A stretch of 64,000 bases of DNA from a virus (lineage: Duplodnaviria; Heunggongvirae; Uroviricota; Caudoviricetes): the IMG/VR virus record IMGVR_UViG_3300021963_000042, positions 1-64,000 of that record; one strand, written 5' to 3'. Numbering within the stretch: position 1 is the stretch's first letter; each line of letters opens with the position of its first letter. Of this stretch, positions 58,156 to 64,000 are shown in pieces. The position numbers and the translations under genes are program-made. The notes below the pieces were generated by a model, which saw only the letters and a program-made list of their open reading frames with translations, did not search any database and had not been told where the DNA came from.

Positions 58156-59205
58156 TATTTTCTTATTAACATAGAAGACTGAATAGTCTTCCAACAAAAA
58201 CAGCCAAGGTGCAATGGGATTTCCTAACGAGGAAATCCCTTTTGGCTTGTTCCACGCATAATAGCTATCCCCACTATATTCCTCAATTAGTTCTCGCATA
58301 ACCCATCTGTGGGTTAGTGGTTTACCCACATCTTTAGTGAATGGCTCTTTAGTCGTTAAAACATATTTCTGAAAGTCGTCAGTATTAAAGAAATGGTACT
58401 GATTGTTTTGTTGTTTGGTTGCAATTCTGGTAGAATACTCAGCTGTATACCAATCGAAATTAAAGATTAACCACCAACGCAAATCCCTAAGTGTCTCGAT
58501 TTTCTTTGGGCTGGCTTTAATAGAAGGCAGCAGGAATTCGTGCAACTCATCGTTTATGCATTTGGTGTAATCAATTAATGGGTCGTCATTATTAAATTGG
58601 TGATGGAAAAACGAAACCTCAGTTTTAACCTTTCCAGTAGTAAAATCGTCTACTGGACCAAATAACTGGTTTCCAAAAAACCCTGTTACAAAAATACTAT
58701 TAGAGTCACCATCATCAAAATCTCTAGTAGAAGAAACTTTAAATTTATACTTCACGCCTGAGTTTTTAATGCAATTATCAAATAGAGAACCCGATTCTAA
58801 AATAGAACTATATGTTCCATAAACTGTAATTTGACTGGGGTCGTCTACTTGTTGCATTAGAGAGAATAACGCCAGAGTGCTGTCAATACCACCACTCCAC
58901 ACTACAGTTATGGGTTTATCTAATTCTACCAATTCTTTCGTTCTTTCCTCAACACACTGTCTGAACGACTTATTAAAAGTAGAATCTATCAGTGGTATTT
59001 GCAAAAGACCAGGCTTAATATTCAAATAGTGTGGAGTCTGTCCAGTTCTATCGTAAACTGAATTCAAATTGAGTTTATGCTTATCGAAGAATGCATAAAG
59101 TTCTTTATGATTTGGAGCAAGATATTCATCTATATTTTCTTGCCTTTTGTTGATCAAGTCCAATGATTTAATCAAATTGATATTGTAGTATAATAACTGT
59201 TTCAT
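58102..59205 (-). CDS. PP-loop ATP pyrophosphatase (AsnB/ExsB-like)
   Basis: 367 aa. VVWSGGIDSTLALFSL (SGGxDS) at about residue 100. The 3' end overlaps the convergent plus-strand gene. Confidence 0.55.
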   Translation of the reverse strand: MKQLLYYNINLIKSLDLINKRQENIDEYLAPNHKELYAFFDKHKLNLNSVYDRTGQTPHYLNIKPGLLQIPLIDSTFNKSFRQCVEERTKELVELDKPITVVWSGGIDSTLALFSLMQQVDDPSQITVYGTYSSILESGSLFDNCIKNSGVKYKFKVSSTRDFDDGDSNSIFVTGFFGNQLFGPVDDFTTGKVKTEVSFFHHQFNNDDPLIDYTKCINDELHEFLLPSIKASPKKIETLRDLRWWLIFNFDWYTAEYSTRIATKQQNNQYHFFNTDDFQKYVLTTKEPFTKDVGKPLTHRWVMRELIEEYSGDSYYAWNKPKGISSLGNPIAPWLFLLEDYSVFYVNKKILTNHNKVNTDVYDYVGF

Positions 59206-59213
59206 AATTTCCT

Positions 59214-59242
59214 CAAAAACAAAAAAGGGAGCCTGAGCTCCC
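59214..59242 (-). terminator. intrinsic terminator (bidirectional hairpin)
   Basis: AAAAAA-GGGAGC-CTGA-GCTCCC-TTTTATTT. Near-copy of the gp23 terminator hairpin. Confidence 0.5.
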
Positions 59243-59266
59243 TTTTATTTAGACACTAAAATTTAA

Positions 59267-60214
59267 TTAGTGTAACTGAATCTTCTGAACCAAACCTGGA
59301 GTGAAGTAGTCAGCAAACTTCTCATATACTTTAGAAGTAACAGCTTTGAACTTGCTTTCTTCTTCAGCAGACATCTTAACAACTTCAACACCCTTTGCTT
59401 CACACTCAGCCAAAATCTCTGGAATGTTAGCAACAGATTCACGACGCTCTTTGCGAGCAGCGTTGAAAGCAGCAGTAGCCATGATCTCTTGAGTTTCAGC
59501 GTCAAACTGTTTCATGAAGTCTTGGTTAACGATGATAGAAGTCAAGAACAAGCTATGAGCAGTGTCGTTAACAACTTTGAAAGATTCGTTCTGGTTTAGT
59601 GGGAAAATACGTACGTATGTAGATTCACCAGCAGAGATAACACCAGCGTCAGCTGCTTCGTTCATTTCTTCAAGAGCGATGTCCTTGTTTGGAACTGCGC
59701 CAAGAAGTTTGAAAGTCTCAACAGCAACTGGGCTGCGAGAAGTGCGAACAGATTGACCTTCCCAAGCTGCAACAGTGTCAGCACGGAAGTTTGCTGGAAC
59801 TACACGGTAGCCACCAGAGTAAGTGAAAGACATAGCCTTGATATTGCTATTCTTAGAAACGCCAGCTAGCAACTCAGTACCAATCTCGCCTTCTAGAACA
59901 CGATCAGCATGGGCGTGATCTTGGAACAAGAAAGGAAGGTCTAGAGCGTGTAGGTCTTGATTATAGTCAGCCAACCAAGTAGTATAGATGTGGCTCATTT
60001 CGATAGCACCAGAATCAACCAACTGCATTAGTTCATTCTTAGTGATTTTCTTACCATCATTATACTTTGCAGAGTAGTCAGACAAAGAAAGAACTTCGAT
60101 GTCGAACATACCACCAGTTTGCTCATTTACTTCTTTAGAGAAGGACTCGGCTACTTTCAAAAATAGACCGATAGGCTCGTGGGCAATAACCCATTTAACA
60201 TGCTTCTTTTGCAT
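59267..60214 (-). CDS. DctP-type (TRAP) solute-binding protein homologue, no signal peptide
   Basis: 315 aa. KWVIAHEP, LDLPFLFQDHAHADRVLEGEIGTELL, YSGGYRV (conserved Arg) and GQSVRTSRSPVAVETFKLLGAVP align to DctP/SiaP. Confidence 0.7.
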   Translation of the reverse strand: MQKKHVKWVIAHEPIGLFLKVAESFSKEVNEQTGGMFDIEVLSLSDYSAKYNDGKKITKNELMQLVDSGAIEMSHIYTTWLADYNQDLHALDLPFLFQDHAHADRVLEGEIGTELLAGVSKNSNIKAMSFTYSGGYRVVPANFRADTVAAWEGQSVRTSRSPVAVETFKLLGAVPNKDIALEEMNEAADAGVISAGESTYVRIFPLNQNESFKVVNDTAHSLFLTSIIVNQDFMKQFDAETQEIMATAAFNAARKERRESVANIPEILAECEAKGVEVVKMSAEEESKFKAVTSKVYEKFADYFTPGLVQKIQLH

Positions 60215-60227
60215 TTATATCTCCTTG

Positions 60228-60554
60228 TTATTTTCTTAAATACTTAAGATGTTCAGCGCATCTAAGATCTAGTTTCCATTTTTCACCTTCAGCCGTAACC
60301 TCTAATACAATAATTGGTAGGTTCAGTCTGATGATTCTTTCCTTATATTTATAAACGAATTCTTTCTCTTCTTGCGATGCCTCGATTATAAAGTCGGGAA
60401 TCTGTATACTGAAGTTGTTATTCTGGAATTTGTTTTCTAAAGAATTGTGATAGAAAATATCAGCTAGTGTTCTTCGATTATAATTTGATACTGCAGTTCC
60501 ATATCTTGGATACCTATTGATATTCCATATGTTGCAGTCTAAAAATCCACTCAT
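60228..60554 (-). CDS. hypothetical protein
   Basis: 108-aa ORF within the cassette. Confidence 0.3.
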   Translation of the reverse strand: MSGFLDCNIWNINRYPRYGTAVSNYNRRTLADIFYHNSLENKFQNNNFSIQIPDFIIEASQEEKEFVYKYKERIIRLNLPIIVLEVTAEGEKWKLDLRCAEHLKYLRK

Positions 60555-60555
60555 T

Positions 60556-62019
60556 TTATTTAGGTTCTACTGGAACTTGGACTACTGGAATATTCAAAGG
60601 TTTGCGGACTTTCCAACTCTTTTTTCCAGTCTTCATATATTCGTTGTCGATTACCTGAATGCTAGTAACACCATCGAAACGAATTCGATCACCTTTAATC
60701 TCTGTCAAAACCAGACCATCAGTCATCTTGAATAGAGCAGCGCTCAACATCGCTAGGTTATACCAGAATAGGTTTTCGCAAGCCTGCTCCCAGTATTGAT
60801 CTTCTAAGAACAAACAAGCACCCTGACATAACTGTACAACTGGACAAGAAGGGCATTCTTTACGAGTAGACCAATGATAAGAGTTCGTTAGACGAATGTT
60901 ATCAAAATCTTCGATGTTTCCAATATTATGCTTGGTTAAGGAAGAAGTATTCTGACACGTAGTAACATTACCCTTCATATCGATGGCAATATTGTCTTCC
61001 TTATCCATACCACACTTTTGACCAACAGCTTCAGCTGGACGACCATAGACGATAGACTCAAAGAATGACTTGACCTTCTGATAGATAGTCCAACTAAATT
61101 GGTTCTTATTATCGATGGTTTCTTCAAATAAAGTATGAAGGATTTCTTTCTTCTCGTCTGTGGTTTGGAGAGAGTGAGTCATACCAGAGTCATCATATGG
61201 CAACATTAATTCTTCTGTAGTAACTTGAATTTCACGCTGGTCGACTCCAGGATTTTCAAATCCGACGTGTTTCTTATTGAGTTTATCCATAATAAAATTA
61301 CGGACAGAAGGAATAGAAACATTCTCACGTGTAAGAACACAGTTGAAAGTGAAACGTGTCAACCCCATAGTTTTCATAGCATAAACAACAGCGTCTTTTG
61401 CTACAGGTTCATCTAATGGATCTGGTCCACGATTCTGCGCATGCAGTGGTCCATCATGAGACATACCGATAGAAAACCCCATACGATTAAACCAATCAAC
61501 TTTTTCTCTAGTTAAAAGAGAACCATTGGTAACCATCATGAAACTAGCATTAGGGTAAACCTTCTTGATCTTTTCAGCAAGAGGTTTCAGTGTTTTCCAG
61601 TAAACCATCGGCTCACCACCCCAAAACTCAAGACGGAATTTATCATATGTTCCAAAGTTGAAATTCTCTTTCATCTTTTGGATCAATTCTTCCGCATCTT
61701 CTGGACCACCTACTGGGTCGTGTGGTTGGTGCGCTTGGTTACAGTAAGAGCATGCGTAGTTACACTTAAGACCCATCGTGATCTTAAGCGTAGTTGGCTT
61801 ACGGGATTTCTTACCGTGGAGTGCAGGATCGTGTGGGTTTGTAATATTTGCAGGTTCCCACACCTTTGCATTCATTTGATATTGAAGACCCTTACTCACA
61901 TGCTCGAGCGAGGGTCTTTCGTGCGTTTCTTCCCAATACATTTCAGATGTCATTGGGTCGTAAACCATATTAACTTTCACATCATTAGCCCCTTGTAGGA
62001 CTAGCGTAAATTTGCTCAT
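60556..62019 (-). CDS. radical SAM enzyme with C-terminal SPASM domain
   Basis: 487 aa. CNYACSYC (CX3CX2C) and C-terminal CPSCPVVQLCQGAC (CX2CX5CX3C). Confidence 0.7.
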   Translation of the reverse strand: MSKFTLVLQGANDVKVNMVYDPMTSEMYWEETHERPSLEHVSKGLQYQMNAKVWEPANITNPHDPALHGKKSRKPTTLKITMGLKCNYACSYCNQAHQPHDPVGGPEDAEELIQKMKENFNFGTYDKFRLEFWGGEPMVYWKTLKPLAEKIKKVYPNASFMMVTNGSLLTREKVDWFNRMGFSIGMSHDGPLHAQNRGPDPLDEPVAKDAVVYAMKTMGLTRFTFNCVLTRENVSIPSVRNFIMDKLNKKHVGFENPGVDQREIQVTTEELMLPYDDSGMTHSLQTTDEKKEILHTLFEETIDNKNQFSWTIYQKVKSFFESIVYGRPAEAVGQKCGMDKEDNIAIDMKGNVTTCQNTSSLTKHNIGNIEDFDNIRLTNSYHWSTRKECPSCPVVQLCQGACLFLEDQYWEQACENLFWYNLAMLSAALFKMTDGLVLTEIKGDRIRFDGVTSIQVIDNEYMKTGKKSWKVRKPLNIPVVQVPVEPK

Positions 62020-62057
62020 TAAAAATCCTTATAATATAGAACGGATAATATATTTAG

Positions 62058-63212
62058 TTACGCAATTTCAACCCAAAGTTCTGCCCAAGAAACGAATTTA
62101 CCAATGTTTAACTTAACCTTAAAGTAATCGCCAGTAGTTAAGCCGACAGTAGAAATTAATAGATTCTCACAGCCAGAATGTAATGTTGTCAATCTGTCTG
62201 TAGGATAGTTATGTGTATCTAGAAATTCTTGGGTAGCAGCATTAGGAGCTTCTGGATCGTATATATTAGAAACACGTGTCTTATTTGAAATACAGTTGAT
62301 GCATTCTACATCAAAGGTAGCAGCTGCTCTGGAACCAAGTATTGTATGCAATCTACTTCCGAAAATAACCTTAACATTATATGTATCAGAAGCTGGCAAT
62401 GTTACTTTAAATCTATTGCCAGAAGTAGGAGCAGCAGTTGCAGGTAAACCAAGTGAAGTGTCAATACCTTCAACAACTATTTCTTTTTGCTGTTGTAGTT
62501 CGACATATCCTGTAGATTTTGAAGTAGGTTTTACAAACTGCGTTAGAGCAGAAGTTAAGACTTTACCTTCAGAATCTAAAACTTCAAACGTCGCCAAAGT
62601 TTTCACATAAAAATTACACCAAATTTCATACTCTCTTTGAGTAACTTCAGTAACTTCAGCTGGAGTATTTTCAATAATACTGTCTAATACATTCACTTGC
62701 AAATCTTCAATGAAGAACATCAAAGTAGAACCAGTGAAACCAGAAAGTTCTTTATAGAAAGAATCTAAAACGAACAATGGTGTTTTCGTTGAATTAGACT
62801 GATAGCGATATTTGTTTAGATTGTAAAATAATTTTACATGAGAATCACTACCATTGATGTATTCTGTAGCAATATCATAAACATCGATTGGGTCGCTAAT
62901 AGTTCCTGTCTCTGAGTCGAACTCAACGATCCACTTGTAGTTATCCGTTTTCATTCTGAAGTCATCAGCAGTGAACGCACGTTCAGCTACAATACGAAAA
63001 TCAGCTGTTTCATGAACATCACGTTTTTCGTCAGGTGTATCTTCAGGTTTTGCTTCGTCTAGATCTGGATTTGCAGGAACAACTTCTTCCATTTTAACAT
63101 GGATAGTTTGTGTAGCAGCATCAAAGCGCATTGTGGCTCTGTGTTTGCTATCTCTTTCATAGACTTCTGTACCTTCGTTTGGTCTAATTACAGTTTTGAA
63201 AATTTTTAACAT
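62058..63212 (-). CDS. hypothetical protein
   Basis: 384-aa ORF between the Cys-repeat gene and the rSAM gene. Confidence 0.3.
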   Translation of the reverse strand: MLKIFKTVIRPNEGTEVYERDSKHRATMRFDAATQTIHVKMEEVVPANPDLDEAKPEDTPDEKRDVHETADFRIVAERAFTADDFRMKTDNYKWIVEFDSETGTISDPIDVYDIATEYINGSDSHVKLFYNLNKYRYQSNSTKTPLFVLDSFYKELSGFTGSTLMFFIEDLQVNVLDSIIENTPAEVTEVTQREYEIWCNFYVKTLATFEVLDSEGKVLTSALTQFVKPTSKSTGYVELQQQKEIVVEGIDTSLGLPATAAPTSGNRFKVTLPASDTYNVKVIFGSRLHTILGSRAAATFDVECINCISNKTRVSNIYDPEAPNAATQEFLDTHNYPTDRLTTLHSGCENLLISTVGLTTGDYFKVKLNIGKFVSWAELWVEIA

Positions 63213-63225
63213 TATGGTTCCTCAA

Positions 63226-63600
63226 TTAGCAGTTGCAAGCGCAGTTACAGTTACAGTTGCAAGCACAGTTACAGTTGCAATTAGATCTGTACCACTGGAA
63301 ACCGCCCATCGTATTATCTTGGTTGTCGTGACGGATACCATCAGTAGAAGCGTTAATAGCTCCACCAACAGAAGTGTTACGGAAAATATTGATACGTCTG
63401 TCAGTAGTAACACCGAAACCTAAGTCACCAGCATCACAGTTACCGCAGTTACAGTTAGCTCCGTTACATGCGCAGTTCCATGCGCAGTTAGCGTTTGGCT
63501 CTGTATAGGTTCTGTTGCCTGCGTCATAATAATTCCAAAATAAGTCTACAACGTCTGTGCCATCAGCACGTCTGTGTCCTGTTGCTCCGTGATAAGCCAT
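63226..63600 (-). CDS. Cys/Asn-repeat protein (RiPP-precursor-like or metal-binding fibre accessory)
   Basis: 124 aa, 15 Cys. NANCAWNCACNGANCNCGNCD internally and the C-terminal tail NCNCNCACNCNCNCACNC-stop. Lies 3 nt downstream of a fibre gene. Confidence 0.5.
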   Translation of the reverse strand: MAYHGATGHRRADGTDVVDLFWNYYDAGNRTYTEPNANCAWNCACNGANCNCGNCDAGDLGFGVTTDRRINIFRNTSVGGAINASTDGIRHDNQDNTMGGFQWYRSNCNCNCACNCNCNCACNC

Positions 63601-63602
63601 GT

Positions 63603-64000
63603 TTATTTCTCCAATTTCTCTAAACGAGTAGTTAATTCTTTAATAGTTTGTTGCTGTTCTTTAACTGCTTCGATAAGTAAACCGACAAGGTTTCCGTAAG
63701 CAACAGACTTAAACCCGTCTTGGTTCGTTTCAACAACTTGTGGAACAAAATCTTCGACTTCCTGGGCGATAACACCGATTCTAGGTTTTCCGTCTTGAGT
63801 ATAAGATACACCACGTAAATTACAAACTGTATTGACTGGACTATTTAGTGTTTGAATGTTCTGTTTCAAGCGCATATCAGACGCTTGAGTGAATGTTGTT
63901 GCAACGATAGCGTTAAAAGTATTTGTAGTTCCAGCCCAAGTGTTATTCGCTGCTAAAGAAGGTACGTCTGTACCGCAATCTAAAGTTGGGTTTCCGTCCT
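63603..64000 (-). CDS. tail fibre protein, C-terminal part (continues beyond the window)
   Basis: The frame stays open to the window edge. C-terminal S74-type chaperone LKQNIQTL...IGVIAQEVEDFVPQVV resembles the end of 49167-53414. Confidence 0.6.
   Translation of the reverse strand, partial: DGNPTLDCGTDVPSLAANNTWAGTTNTFNAIVATTFTQASDMRLKQNIQTLNSPVNTVCNLRGVSYTQDGKPRIGVIAQEVEDFVPQVVETNQDGFKSVAYGNLVGLLIEAVKEQQQTIKELTTRLEKLEK

Noticed and set aside
1-64000. CRISPR arrays, integrase/transposase, tRNA genes
   Set aside because: No direct-repeat/spacer structure, no recombinase motifs and no tRNA-like structures were found. The only tandem repeats are intragenic fibre repeats.

Overview
This window looks like the core replication/recombination and virion-morphogenesis region of a T4-like myovirus. 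About 85 genes lie on the minus strand and a single gene lies on the plus strand.

Orthologues recognised by eye, in transcription order: gp45 clamp, gp44/gp62 clamp loader, RegA, ligase, DexA, gp43 DNA polymerase, UvsX, gp41 helicase, gp46/gp47, gp55, UvsW/UvsY. The virion module follows: gp23, gp22, gp21, gp20, gp19, gp18, gp17, gp15, gp14, gp13 and several fibre genes.

Accessory genes are interleaved throughout. There are six 2OG-Fe(II) oxygenase-like genes, a thioredoxin, a rubredoxin plus rubrerythrin pair, an Hsp20, a MazG-like gene, a CobS/CobT-like AAA+/vWA pair, an SPFH lipoprotein and an SGNH hydrolase. There are also three repeated terminator/early-promoter cassettes, each followed by a small ORF.

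Two candidates for undescribed systems stand out:
1. A six-gene cassette sits inside the tail-fibre module at 58.1-63.6 kb. It encodes a 124-aa protein with a C-terminal (Cys-Asn)n/(Cys-Ala) repeat tail, a radical SAM/SPASM enzyme, a PP-loop ATP pyrophosphatase and a signal-less DctP-type binding protein. This looks like a peptide- or protein-maturation (RiPP-like) system, or a metal-binding fibre-tip system.
2. A 432-aa 2OG-Fe(II) dioxygenase ends in the same C-terminal heptapeptide (SLEDFFG) as the DNA polymerase. It lies next to another oxygenase and a T4 beta-glucosyltransferase-like enzyme, in the slot where T4 carries genes beta-gt and 42. This suggests a sliding-clamp-tethered DNA base hydroxylation/glycosylation pathway.

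No small-terminase gene lies between gp15 and gp17. No tRNA, CRISPR array, integrase or transposase was seen.
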